A DNA stretch of 64,000 nucleotides from an uncultured Alphaproteobacteria bacterium (GTDB lineage Bacteria; Pseudomonadota; Alphaproteobacteria; Rs-D84): contig CALXXD010000001.1 in the NCBI GenBank assembly GCA_944392595.1, positions 3,008 through 67,007 on the forward strand, read 5' to 3'. The position numbers were made by a program, and so were the translations under genes. Each line of letters starts with the position of its first letter. Position 1 is the first letter of the stretch. Shown one piece after another: positions 50,974-60,639 of the stretch. The notes under the pieces are model-generated. The model had not been told where the DNA came from. It saw nothing but the letters and a program-made list of their open reading frames with translations, and did no database searches.

Positions 50974-51882
50974 TTAATCCTGGGTTTCTTTTAATATCGC
51001 ATCGCGCAGTTTGTTGTATGCGCGTTCTTCTATTTGTCGTACGCGTTCGCGTGATATACCGTATTTTTGGGACAAAGATTCCAATGTTACAACCGGGTCA
51101 GACAACCGACGTGCGCGTAAAATTTCGCGATCACGCGCGGGCAATTCGTCCAAATGTTTTTTTAATAATTCGTATCCACGGCGACGAAACTCGACTTGCT
51201 CCATATCCGATTCGATATTATTTTTTTCGTCCGGCATATTGGATAAAACATCGCGCGAATCTTCGTCCGAATGCACGGGCGTATTTAATGATACATCACG
51301 TGCAGACATACGCATAGACATACGTTTAACATCGTTTTCAGGCACATTTAAATAATCCGCGATTTGTTTTGCCTGGTCATCGGATAAATTTCCATCCATT
51401 ATCCCCAGCGCACGCCGCGCCCGATTTAACCCAAAAAACACACGCTTTTGATTTGCAGATGTGCCAATTTTCACAATCGACCAATTTTGTAAAATGGTTT
51501 CATATATTTCTGCGCGAATCCAAAACATCGCATAGGTAGAAAATCGAAAACCCTTATCCGGGTCGAATTTTTGTAAAGCCTGCATCAGGCCCATGTTACC
51601 ACTGGCAATCAAATCGGCAAATGGCACACCGTAATTTTTGAAATCATACGCAACCGACACAACCATGCGCAAATGACTGGCCACCAGTTTTTCGGCCGCA
51701 TCTGAATCGTGATTTTCAGTCCATTTTTTTGCGTATTCATATTCTTGTTCGGCCGACAAAATCGGGAATTTTTGTATATTTTGTATGTATTGAGACAGAC
51801 TGGTTTCGTCGTTTGAACCACGTACCGCAACCAGACTGGGATTTTGTACAACCGGCAAAGCGTTCTTGATTTGCTTTTTCAT
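50974..51882 (-). CDS. rpoH: RNA polymerase sigma-32 factor
   Basis: Region 2 reads LVASHLRMVVSVAYDFKNYGVPFADLIASGNMGLMQALQKFDPDKGFRFSTYAMFWIRAEI. An RpoH-box-like QKRVFFGLNRARR and a region 4 HTH are present. Confidence 0.9.
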   Translation of the reverse strand: MKKQIKNALPVVQNPSLVAVRGSNDETSLSQYIQNIQKFPILSAEQEYEYAKKWTENHDSDAAEKLVASHLRMVVSVAYDFKNYGVPFADLIASGNMGLMQALQKFDPDKGFRFSTYAMFWIRAEIYETILQNWSIVKIGTSANQKRVFFGLNRARRALGIMDGNLSDDQAKQIADYLNVPENDVKRMSMRMSARDVSLNTPVHSDEDSRDVLSNMPDEKNNIESDMEQVEFRRRGYELLKKHLDELPARDREILRARRLSDPVVTLESLSQKYGISRERVRQIEERAYNKLRDAILKETQD

Positions 51883-51891
51883 ATCTTTTAT

Positions 51892-51919
51892 AGTATAGCA
51901 ACAAAATAAGATTTATCAA
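51892..51919 (-). promoter_or_regulatory. Candidate sigma70 promoter of rpoH, 9 nt from the start codon
   Basis: On the minus strand: TTGATA-N16-TATACT-ataaaagat-ATG. Confidence 0.5.
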
Positions 51920-51947
51920 GCCACCATAATACAGGAGTGTTATCACC

Positions 51948-52601
51948 ATGGCATCTATATTGGAAAGAAATAATAAAGTCGCAAAGACCCAGAAAAAAAC
52001 ACGTGCAGATTACGCCGAAGACGCCCTGTACCGCGAGGTATGGGAGGAAGTTAATAACGAAAAAACAACCGCTTTTATTAAAAAATATTCGCGCTATATT
52101 ATCGCCGGCGCGTTGGCAATTTTAATCGTTGCGACGGCTGTGGTGATTGGCGTTCGGACACATCGCGCACATAAATTGGCAATCGCAGAAAATTATGAAT
52201 TGGCCATACAAAACGTTGATGCAAATATGCTGAATGCAGTCGCAGAAAGCGCGGGTGGCGCAACGGCCGACCTGGCGTTGTTCCAAGCGTATTTGTTGGA
52301 TGGAAATATTGAACATCTGGAAAAATTGGCAAATGATGGCCATGCGCGCGATTTTCGCGATTTGGCACGCTTGCACATTGTGGGGCTGCGTGGCGATGAT
52401 ATGACCGCCACCGCGATGGAAGATTATTTGCATCCGTTGGACACAAAAAATTCGCCTTATTATTACACATCGCGTTTGATGGTCGCACAAAAATATCTGG
52501 CGGATGGGGATCGGGAAAACGCAAATAAATGGCTGGATGTGATCATTAATGATGCGGACGCGCCGGCCATGATTTCGGCATCTGCCCAGGCATTAAGATA
52601 A
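51948..52601 (+). CDS. YfgM-like membrane-anchored TPR-like protein
   Basis: A cytoplasmic N-terminus, a single TM helix (YIIAGALAILIVATAVVIGV) and a helical periplasmic domain. It sits immediately upstream of a bamB-like gene, as in the yfgM-bamB-der synteny. Confidence 0.45.
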   Translation: MASILERNNKVAKTQKKTRADYAEDALYREVWEEVNNEKTTAFIKKYSRYIIAGALAILIVATAVVIGVRTHRAHKLAIAENYELAIQNVDANMLNAVAESAGGATADLALFQAYLLDGNIEHLEKLANDGHARDFRDLARLHIVGLRGDDMTATAMEDYLHPLDTKNSPYYYTSRLMVAQKYLADGDRENANKWLDVIINDADAPAMISASAQALR

Positions 52602-52604
52602 AAA

Positions 52605-53345
52605 ATGAGACACGCGTACAGATTTTTCATCGCTGCATTATGTGCCGTAGTGTTGTCGGGATGTGCGGAACACGACCCGATTTTGCCGGGTGTGCGCACG
52701 CCTGTATTTAATACAAATGACATTCGCGTGATGGACGCAACTGTTGAAAATCTGCCGGATACAATTGATTCGACCGACGCGCCTGAATGCCCATACACCC
52801 AAGATTCATCCAATGTAATCTGGGATGGGGACAGAAAAATTTTCAGCGGATTTCCAACGAATAATTCTGTACAAAGCAATCAATCGCCAATCTGTGCAAA
52901 TGGATATGTGTATGCGGGTTTAACCACGGGCGAGGTTGTAAAAATCGCGCCAAAATCACGCAAAATAATCTGGATTGCCGATGTGTTCCGTCACAGCAAT
53001 ATGACCGGCGGTGCGTCAATTGTTGATATTATTGCGCCACTGGTTATACATAAAGGTGCGCTGTATGTCGGCGGATTGGGTGATGCATTTTGTCGTATTA
53101 ATACATCGTCTGGGGATAAAAAGTGGTGTGTTAATATCGGGGTTGCCGTACCATTTATTGTGATGGATAACGTCGCGTTTGTGGTGGCAACGGATAATAA
53201 CCTGTATGCGATTCGCACAACCGACGGCGCGGTATATTGGCGGACACCGGTAAAGAACCAGGTCGCACCAATATACAGCAACAAAATCATATCTGTTGGG
53301 GATATGAAAATAAACGCCGAAAATGGCGAAATTATTTCAGATTAA
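52605..53345 (+). CDS. bamB: PQQ-like beta-propeller lipoprotein, BamB-like but short (246 aa)
   Basis: The lipobox is VVLSGC|AE. Repeated G.vY.g...g.l.ai....G...W blades are present, for example NNLYAIRTTDGAVYWRTPV. It is much shorter than typical BamB. Confidence 0.5.
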   Translation: MRHAYRFFIAALCAVVLSGCAEHDPILPGVRTPVFNTNDIRVMDATVENLPDTIDSTDAPECPYTQDSSNVIWDGDRKIFSGFPTNNSVQSNQSPICANGYVYAGLTTGEVVKIAPKSRKIIWIADVFRHSNMTGGASIVDIIAPLVIHKGALYVGGLGDAFCRINTSSGDKKWCVNIGVAVPFIVMDNVAFVVATDNNLYAIRTTDGAVYWRTPVKNQVAPIYSNKIISVGDMKINAENGEIISD

Positions 53346-53352
53346 TTATAAT

Positions 53353-54294
53353 TTATGACTGTGTTTGGATAGATGGGCCCTGGATAAACCATGCGAACCC
53401 CAATAAATTTGATGAAATTGATGCTATACGGAACTGATTTTGGCTTTTGGCATAAATAACCGTCATGCCATAATGCCCAGAATGCGTCGATTCAGGTGTC
53501 ATATTGGTCACCAAAACGCCGTACGTGGAATTTTGCATTGCAACCGGGATTGTCACCGTTACCAATTCAAGATCTTGGGATGCGGGCGCGATACCACCCT
53601 GCTCTACCCAGCCTGATTTGTACAGTCGATACCATGTATAATTATTTGCAGCCGTTGGCAATTGAGTTTTTACCACGACATCTGGTTCATCGTCTTCGTC
53701 AAATTGCAATGTGCTTTCAGATATTTCAGAAATTGTCTGCTCGAACTCGGAATTCGTTACATAATTTTCATGCGTATGGGTTACTGGCGCAAAATTTGCA
53801 GCATTTGGAACTTCGTTAAGTTTGGCATATTCTGTTAAATCCGGCAAATCAGATTTACGCGCCAATTCACTTAAATCCCCGATTTCTGTGATTTGGGCTT
53901 GGACAGAATCCAAAAATTGCATGCCGTTTTCAATATTTGCTGCGTGTCCGTCAATATCATAGATGTCACGCAGATATTCCATCAAAAAATTAAAATCTGC
54001 ATTCAAACTGGCTGTGCTGATTGGCAAAGTTGGTTGATAATCAACCGTGCGCGTCAGTTCGATTTTACGCCAGATACTGATAACCGCCCCAATGTTTGGC
54101 GTATCGGTTAATACAATGCGGCCACCTGCGTATCTGCCGTCCATTGTGGAATCCGGTGTTGGCACGATGGTATAATGCCCCGAATCCAACAATTGGGAAT
54201 TTACAGAAATTTTTATATCTGCGTCTTGGAAATAAGGAAATGTAAATGGGTATTCATGCGTAGATCCGTCACCCGTGTATGTTATTTTATACAT
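53353..54294 (-). CDS. Phage-type tail-fibre protein (T7 gp17-like N-terminal domain, HTH..Y motif, C-terminal knob)
   Basis: MYKITYTGDGSTHEYPFTFPYFQDADIKISVN... and ISIWRKIELTRTVDYQP...LNADFNFLMEYLRD parallel the T7 tail-fibre N-terminal domain. VTHTHENY and the C-terminal YTWYRLYKSGWVEQGG block are common in tail-fibre receptor-binding tips. The start was chosen at the ATG at 54294, which is preceded by AAGGA. Confidence 0.65.
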   Translation of the reverse strand: MYKITYTGDGSTHEYPFTFPYFQDADIKISVNSQLLDSGHYTIVPTPDSTMDGRYAGGRIVLTDTPNIGAVISIWRKIELTRTVDYQPTLPISTASLNADFNFLMEYLRDIYDIDGHAANIENGMQFLDSVQAQITEIGDLSELARKSDLPDLTEYAKLNEVPNAANFAPVTHTHENYVTNSEFEQTISEISESTLQFDEDDEPDVVVKTQLPTAANNYTWYRLYKSGWVEQGGIAPASQDLELVTVTIPVAMQNSTYGVLVTNMTPESTHSGHYGMTVIYAKSQNQFRIASISSNLLGFAWFIQGPSIQTQS

Positions 54295-54320
54295 CAAAAA
54301 ATCCTTTTGTTTTTTATGTA

Positions 54321-54379
54321 AAAAAAAGTGGCAAAAGCCACGACTGTTAAAAAAATCGGGCGCACGGATGTGTGCGCCC
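54321..54379 (-). terminator. Two consecutive terminator-like hairpins in the leader of the tail-fibre gene
   Basis: On the minus strand: gggcgcaca-catc-cgtgcgccc + gattttttt, then gtggc-tttt-gccac + tttttttt. Confidence 0.6.
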
Positions 54380-54402
54380 AATTCCAATATGTTTGTGACC
54401 CG

Positions 54403-54431
54403 ATTATATCACAAAACGCGATAAAAATCAA
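54403..54431 (-). promoter_or_regulatory. Near-consensus sigma70 promoter with extended -10
   Basis: On the minus strand: TTGATT-N17 (ending ttttgTGa)-TATAAT. It lies between the Yip1-gene stop and the two hairpins. Confidence 0.55.
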
Positions 54432-54439
54432 GCCAACAG

Positions 54440-55036
54440 TTACAGCATGCACGATAAAGTCGCGCTGGTATTTTTCAACATAAACCATCCAATACGGTAA
54501 TCTGTCGCATAAACCGTGATTAAAAATAACGCAAATATCGCAATTACAATTAATACGTTACTGCGTTTGCCGCGCATGCAATACAGCGCAATGTTATAAA
54601 ACAAGAACAATACATACGCATCTACAATCAAACTGATTATCCACATTGATATGCAATTAAACGCCAAAGCATTCAAAACCAACACAACTGGATAAACAAA
54701 AAATACAGACGCCAAACCCTTTATCGCAATTTCCCAATCACGTTCGCCACCGGTAATTTCAGATACCAACATCATCAATCCGCCCAGCACAAACAATAAT
54801 GCGACCGCCAAAACCGGGACAATGATTAACGCGGTGAATACAGAACCAATCGTGATTGTTGCACCGCCAATTAACCGCAGTAACAATACCAAGCATCCGC
54901 CCAAAAGACCGTATATAAACGCCTTTAACATCGCTTCTTCCATATTGCCGTCGGCGACAATTTTGGTAAAATAGCGTTTTGGATTAATTATCAAATCACG
55001 GATTTTCTTTAAACCATTTTTGATTTTTTTCATCAT
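54440..55036 (-). CDS. Yip1-family (DUF1282-like) integral membrane protein
   Basis: The N-terminal ...INPKRYFTKIVADGNMEEAMLKAFIYGLLGG is followed by 5 TM helices. A GGGGGT RBS is present. Confidence 0.5.
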   Translation of the reverse strand: MMKKIKNGLKKIRDLIINPKRYFTKIVADGNMEEAMLKAFIYGLLGGCLVLLLRLIGGATITIGSVFTALIIVPVLAVALLFVLGGLMMLVSEITGGERDWEIAIKGLASVFFVYPVVLVLNALAFNCISMWIISLIVDAYVLFLFYNIALYCMRGKRSNVLIVIAIFALFLITVYATDYRIGWFMLKNTSATLSCML

Positions 55037-55089
55037 TTCATACCCCCATTTGATTATTTATATTTTTGCTTTATAATTAAAAAAAATCA

Positions 55090-56439
55090 ATGGAAAAAGT
55101 TATGCCAAAACTGATAATAGCAGGCCGGCCAAATACCGGCAAATCGACTTTGTTTAATGCCCTGACGGGGACACGCGATGCGTTGGTGCATGATCGCCCA
55201 GGCGTCACACGCGACACAATATCAGGCAACATGCGTGACCGTGCGTGGGAAATTGTTGATACAGCCGGGCTGGAAAATGCCAAATCCGGGATTGCGGCGG
55301 ATTCCACCACGATGGCAATGGATGCCATTGCCGGGGCGGACGCTGTGTTGTTCGTGGTTGATGGACGCGTGGGATTAATGCCGGGCGATATGGATTGGGC
55401 ACGTGCGGTACGTCGTAAAACCCGGGCGCCTGTGATGTTAATCTCGAACAAGGCTGAATCAGGACGCCGTATGGCGGATTTGAATGATTTTTACAAATTG
55501 GGTTTTGGCGCACCGCACCCTGTTTCCGCAGAACATAAAATCGGATTTGATGCGATATATGATTTTATCGATAAAATTAATCCAGTTGAGTCAAAAATTA
55601 CGAATGCAACCGATGCGCCACAAAAACTGAAAATCGCCATTATGGGCCAACCAAACGTCGGAAAATCCACTTTGGTAAATCAGGTATTGGGGCAAAAGCG
55701 TCAAATTGTTATTGATGCGCCGGGAATTACACGCGATACTGTAAAAATTCCAACCAATTTTTATGGGCGTAACATCGTGCTTATGGATACGGCCGGGCTG
55801 CGCCGCAAGGCGGGCGTGACAGATGACGTGGAAACTTTGTCTGCGTTAAAATCGTTGGATGCGATTGAAAAATCTGATGTTGTGATTTTGGTTGTTGATG
55901 CCACGCGTAACATTGAAAACCAGGCGTTGGGAATTGCTGCACGTGTATATGACGCAGGCAAAATTTTATGTGTCGCATTAAACAAATGGGATTTGGTTGC
56001 GCCAGAGTTACGCGATGAAAAGTTGCTGAAATTAAAACATCAATTTACAAATTCTTTTCATCAAATAATCAAACCGCTGATATTGGCAATATCCGCCGAA
56101 ACCGGCAGCGGGGTTAAAAATATGTTCCGTCGGATATACGAACAATGGGATATATCAAATACTGATGCACCAACAAGTTTGATTAATCGCATTGTTGAAA
56201 AACTGGTCGCAGATCGGCAACCGCCTATGTCACGGTTAAAGCGTCCGATGAAAATTAAATTCGCACGCCAAACGGGGCGGCATCCGATGAAAATCACGAT
56301 AAATGTTGGCGGGGCGTCTGACATTCCAGAATCATATACGCGATATCTGCGTCGTGGAATCGCGTCTGCTTTGAAATGGGAACATTTACCAATTGTGATT
56401 GAATATAAAAAAGATGAAAATCCGTTTGACGACAAATAA
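55090..56439 (+). CDS. der: Ribosome-associated GTPase Der/EngA
   Basis: Two G-domains (GRPNTGKSTLFN ... DTAG; GQPNVGKSTLVN ... DTAG ... NKWD) and a KH-like C-terminus. The start may be the ATG at 55102. Confidence 0.95.
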   Translation: MEKVMPKLIIAGRPNTGKSTLFNALTGTRDALVHDRPGVTRDTISGNMRDRAWEIVDTAGLENAKSGIAADSTTMAMDAIAGADAVLFVVDGRVGLMPGDMDWARAVRRKTRAPVMLISNKAESGRRMADLNDFYKLGFGAPHPVSAEHKIGFDAIYDFIDKINPVESKITNATDAPQKLKIAIMGQPNVGKSTLVNQVLGQKRQIVIDAPGITRDTVKIPTNFYGRNIVLMDTAGLRRKAGVTDDVETLSALKSLDAIEKSDVVILVVDATRNIENQALGIAARVYDAGKILCVALNKWDLVAPELRDEKLLKLKHQFTNSFHQIIKPLILAISAETGSGVKNMFRRIYEQWDISNTDAPTSLINRIVEKLVADRQPPMSRLKRPMKIKFARQTGRHPMKITINVGGASDIPESYTRYLRRGIASALKWEHLPIVIEYKKDENPFDDK

Positions 56440-56465
56440 AAATACCGCCAATTGGCGGTATTTTT
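56438..56465. terminator. Bidirectional terminator (der / infB)
   Basis: aaaataccgcc-aatt-ggcggtattttt. Confidence 0.75.
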
Positions 56466-56467
56466 AA

Positions 56468-58867
56468 TTACAATTGGGCACGAATTTCTTCAACCTCGTA
56501 ACATTCGACACGGTCGCCTTCTTTCAGGTCATTGTATTTGTCGAATGACATACCGAATTCAACGCCGGCCCCGGATACTTCACGAACTTCATTCTTTTCA
56601 CGACGCAGTTCGCCAATTTTTCCATCGTAAATAACCACGTTATCACGCAGCAAGCGCACAAATGCGTCTTTTTTAATCACGCCTTCGGTCACACGACAAC
56701 CCGCAACGCGGACGCCTTTGCCAACCGTAAATAACGCGATAACATCGGCATATCCGATAAAGTTTTCTTTGCGTTCAGGCGCCAATTTACCAGACAAGAT
56801 TTCTTTGATTTCGTCCGTGATGCGATACACAACACTGTGATAACGAATATCAACGCCGGAATTACGCGCCATATCACGCACGGCTGAATCCGCACGAACA
56901 TTAAACGCGATTATAACCGCACCCGATGCAGACGCCAAACGGATGTCGCCTTCTGTAATCTGACCGACGCCCGCAGATAAAATTTCGACTGATGCTTTGT
57001 CGGTATGAATGTCTTTTAACATATCGGTGATGGCCTCTACACTGCCCTGGACATCGGCGCGCAGAACAATCGGCAATACCAATTTTTTCGTTTCATCGCG
57101 TTTGGCAAACAATTCTTGCAACGAAGAACGTTTGACCGCGTTCGCACGATCTTTGGCCTTTTGCGCACGATATGCGGCAACCTCGCGCGTTTGAGCCTCG
57201 GTTTCCATAACATGCAATTCATCGCCCGCACGTGCAACCGAATTCAGCCCCAGAACAACAGCCGGCTGGCCGGGTTTGACAGATTTCACACGTTCGCCAG
57301 ATGAATTAATTAATCCACGCACACGACCATACGTTTCACCAACAACGAATACATCGCCGATGCTTAATGTACCTTGGCGCATTAAAATGGTTGCTGTTGC
57401 CCCCAGGCCACGTTCCATTTTCGCCTCGACCACGTATGCGACCGCGGGCATATCTGGATCGGCGCGCAAATCCATGATACCGGCCTGTAATAAAATGGCA
57501 TCTTCCAATTTATCCAATCCAATATGTTTGGTGGCGGAAATTTCCACGCACTGGACGTCGCCACCCAATTCTTCGACTTGAACCTCTTGCTGTAACAGGT
57601 CTGTTTTAACGCGCGTTGGATCGGCATCGGGTAAATCGATTTTATTAATAGCAACGATAAATGGTACTTTCGCGGCACGAATATGGTTAATGGCCTCGAT
57701 TGTTTGGGGCATAATTGAATCATTTGCCGCGACAACCAAAACAACTATGTCCGCCATCTGGGCACCACGCGCGCGCATAGCAGTAAATGTTTCGTGGCCC
57801 GGTGTATCCAAAAACGTAATCATTGCGCCTGAATTTGTTTTGACTTCATACGCAGAAATATGCTGGGTAATACCGCCCGCCTCGCGCGCGGCAACATTTG
57901 CATTACGAAACGCATCCAACAAAGACGTTTTTCCGTGATCAACGTGTCCCACCACGGTAACAACCGGCGAACGCGGTTGCATATTTTCTGGATTTGGTTG
58001 GCGTTCCAATTGATCTGCGTACGGTTTGACATCAACACGTTTAACACGCGCACCAAACTCGGTTGCGATTAACTCGGCCGTATCCGCATCAATCGTTTGA
58101 TTTTGTGATGCCATCATACCCATTTCCATCAATTTTTTGATAACATTGCCAACCTTTTCAGCCATGGCGGCCGCCAAATCTTTGACGGTTATCGTATCGC
58201 CCAGGGTCACAACATGTTCAACCTTTTGCGGGGCAGAAAACACCGCACGCGCTTTTTCACGGAAACGTTTTAATGACGCTTCGGACCGACGGCGATTTGC
58301 ACCGCGCAGACCAATTTCGTCATCGTCATCTTCGCCCCCGATTACAATATCGTGCAATGATATTTTGCCCGTTTTTTTGAATTCTTTTTTGCCATTGCCG
58401 AATTTAGACGTACGCGTCGCAGTCATATCATCATCGTCATCATGATTTTGACGATTACGTTGCGATTGCACGTGTTGTTTTTTTGCCTGCTGGGCGGGTG
58501 CGCGCGTCACAACTTCTTCGGCGGATGCGGTATTGGCGACATTATTTTCACGCGCGGCCAATTGTTCTTTGACCTGCTCGTACTCGCGATTTTCACGTTC
58601 TATTTCTGCCTCGCGCGCGGCGGTTGCGGCGGCTTCGGCCGCGGCCTTTTGCCGGCGTTCTTCTTCGCGGGCACGCGCCGCTTCCAACACAGCACGCAAT
58701 TTTTCATCAGCCGCATTGTGCGACTGGGCGGGCGCGACGGGTTCTTCGCGTAATTCTTTGCTGCCCGGCGCAACAACGCGACGGCGGCGTTCTACGAATA
58801 CAGAATCACCCTTTTTGCTTTGTACCGCGTCAATAGTAACAGATTTTCCAAGTGTTAATGTCGCCAT
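56468..58867 (-). CDS. infB: Translation initiation factor IF-2
   Basis: The G-domain reads [17 protein letters not shown]...DTPGHETF...NKIDL. The N-terminal region is charged, and the order follows nusA. Confidence 0.95.
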   Translation of the reverse strand: MATLTLGKSVTIDAVQSKKGDSVFVERRRRVVAPGSKELREEPVAPAQSHNAADEKLRAVLEAARAREEERRQKAAAEAAATAAREAEIERENREYEQVKEQLAARENNVANTASAEEVVTRAPAQQAKKQHVQSQRNRQNHDDDDDMTATRTSKFGNGKKEFKKTGKISLHDIVIGGEDDDDEIGLRGANRRRSEASLKRFREKARAVFSAPQKVEHVVTLGDTITVKDLAAAMAEKVGNVIKKLMEMGMMASQNQTIDADTAELIATEFGARVKRVDVKPYADQLERQPNPENMQPRSPVVTVVGHVDHGKTSLLDAFRNANVAAREAGGITQHISAYEVKTNSGAMITFLDTPGHETFTAMRARGAQMADIVVLVVAANDSIMPQTIEAINHIRAAKVPFIVAINKIDLPDADPTRVKTDLLQQEVQVEELGGDVQCVEISATKHIGLDKLEDAILLQAGIMDLRADPDMPAVAYVVEAKMERGLGATATILMRQGTLSIGDVFVVGETYGRVRGLINSSGERVKSVKPGQPAVVLGLNSVARAGDELHVMETEAQTREVAAYRAQKAKDRANAVKRSSLQELFAKRDETKKLVLPIVLRADVQGSVEAITDMLKDIHTDKASVEILSAGVGQITEGDIRLASASGAVIIAFNVRADSAVRDMARNSGVDIRYHSVVYRITDEIKEILSGKLAPERKENFIGYADVIALFTVGKGVRVAGCRVTEGVIKKDAFVRLLRDNVVIYDGKIGELRREKNEVREVSGAGVEFGMSFDKYNDLKEGDRVECYEVEEIRAQL

Positions 58868-58885
58868 AAATATACTCCGTTAAAA

Positions 58886-60424
58886 TTATTCGTCACCTTG
58901 GGTTATGCCGTATGCCAATTCACGTGCCTTCATAATCACGCGACCGGCCAAACGGGGACTCATGGTATCTTCGCCCAAGATTTCGATTAATTCGTCTGTG
59001 TCCAAATCAGCCAAATCGGACAAAGATTTAATTCCTGCGTTACCCAACTGCATTATAATCGGACGTTTGATAAAATCAAAGTTTAACAAATCATCCGACA
59101 TGCCCAGTTTGTGACCTTCTTCTTTATATTGTTCTTGCTGTTTTTGCAGGTATGCTTTGGCACGATTCTGCAATTCAGTTGCCAATTCTGTATTGAATCC
59201 CTGGATTGTTTCCAATTCAGAAATATCCACAAATGCGATTTCTTCGATTGTACGGAAACCTTCGGTCACCAACAGATGCGCCAACATTTCATCAACGTCC
59301 AGCGCAGAAATAAATAATTCTGTTTTTTCTTTGACTTCGCGGGCGCGGCGTTCTTGTTCGGTTTGTTCGTTCATAACGTCGATATTCCAACCCGTTAATT
59401 GAGACGCCAAACGCACATTTTGACCGCGGCGACCAATGGCCAAAGATTGCTGGTCTTCATTAACCACAACGGCGGCCGTGCGCGTATCTTCATCAACGAT
59501 GATTTTTGCGACTTTGGCCGGTTGCATCGCATTGACGATGAATACAGCCGGGTCTTCGGAATACAAAATAACGTCGATTTTTTCGCCGTGACATTCGTTA
59601 ATCACAGGCTGGATACGTGTTCCTTTGATACCGACGGTCATACCAACCGCGTCAATGGATGGATCCTGGGTTTCAACCGCGATTTTAGCGTGACTGCCGG
59701 GGGCGCGTGCAACAGATTTAATTTTGATGATGCCTTCGTAAATTTCAGGCACTTCTTGGACAAACAATTTTTCCATAAACATCGGATGGGTACGTGTCAG
59801 GAAAATCTGGGGACCGGTATTGGAACGCGCAACATCCATAATCAATGCGCGGACACGATCACCGACCGCCAAACGTTCGCCTGGGATTAATTCGCTGCTT
59901 TTGATATAACCTTCGGCTTTGCCATTGATATCAACGAATACGTTGCCAAACTCGATGCGTTTTACAACGCCACTTACGATGTCACCGATATTATCTTTGA
60001 ATTCTTCGTATTGGCGACCCTTTTCAGCATCGCGAACACGCGCAGTCATAATCTGGCGTGCGGTTTGAAACGCCATACGACCAAATTCAGGTTCAGGCAA
60101 AGTATCTTCGACGATGTCGCCAACCTGGGGATTTTTGGCGTATTTTTTTGCCGCATCCACCGTCAGCATTGTATTCGCGTCGTATTCTTCGCCCCGTGAT
60201 TCTGGGGATTCGATAACCTCGAACAAACGTTTTACGTGAATCGCGCCATTTTTACGGTCAATTTCCGCAGTGATATTAAATTCTTCACCGTATTTATGTT
60301 TCGCGATTTTGGCAATAGCAGCCTCGAGCGATTCAATAACGATTTCGCGGTCAATTTGTTTTTCTTGGGCCAAAGAATCAATGGCCAATAACAAATCCTG
60401 GCGGGGCATAGAAACAAAAGACAT
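58886..60424 (-). CDS. nusA: Transcription termination/antitermination factor NusA
   Basis: S1 and KH domains are present (GDIVSGVVKRIEFGNVFVDI..., AIGRRGQNVRLASQLTGWNIDV), with C-terminal AR repeats. A GAAGGAG RBS is present. Confidence 0.95.
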   Translation of the reverse strand: MSFVSMPRQDLLLAIDSLAQEKQIDREIVIESLEAAIAKIAKHKYGEEFNITAEIDRKNGAIHVKRLFEVIESPESRGEEYDANTMLTVDAAKKYAKNPQVGDIVEDTLPEPEFGRMAFQTARQIMTARVRDAEKGRQYEEFKDNIGDIVSGVVKRIEFGNVFVDINGKAEGYIKSSELIPGERLAVGDRVRALIMDVARSNTGPQIFLTRTHPMFMEKLFVQEVPEIYEGIIKIKSVARAPGSHAKIAVETQDPSIDAVGMTVGIKGTRIQPVINECHGEKIDVILYSEDPAVFIVNAMQPAKVAKIIVDEDTRTAAVVVNEDQQSLAIGRRGQNVRLASQLTGWNIDVMNEQTEQERRAREVKEKTELFISALDVDEMLAHLLVTEGFRTIEEIAFVDISELETIQGFNTELATELQNRAKAYLQKQQEQYKEEGHKLGMSDDLLNFDFIKRPIIMQLGNAGIKSLSDLADLDTDELIEILGEDTMSPRLAGRVIMKARELAYGITQGDE

Positions 60425-60639
60425 TTTGCTTTTCTCCTTCTGATTTTGTTTTGTATGTCGCTTTTACTCAAAGGGCGGGGTTTTTCAACCCCGCCCCTAA
60501 AAAAACTTTTAAGAACATCTGTATTATTTAATCCGAATCGAATAAATGCAAGAAAAATCTGCAATTTTTCATATTTTTAGTTGGAATTTTTCATAAATAT
60601 AATTTGACGGTGTGTGTTTTGGGCTTTATACTGCGAAAT

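Noticed and set aside
60470-60502. Hairpin ggggcggggttgaaaaaccccgcccc upstream of nusA as a possible attenuator, or as a remnant of a missing rimP.
   Set aside because: It is a single GC hairpin without a U-run on the nusA strand, and there is no coding potential around it. The evidence is insufficient for any call.
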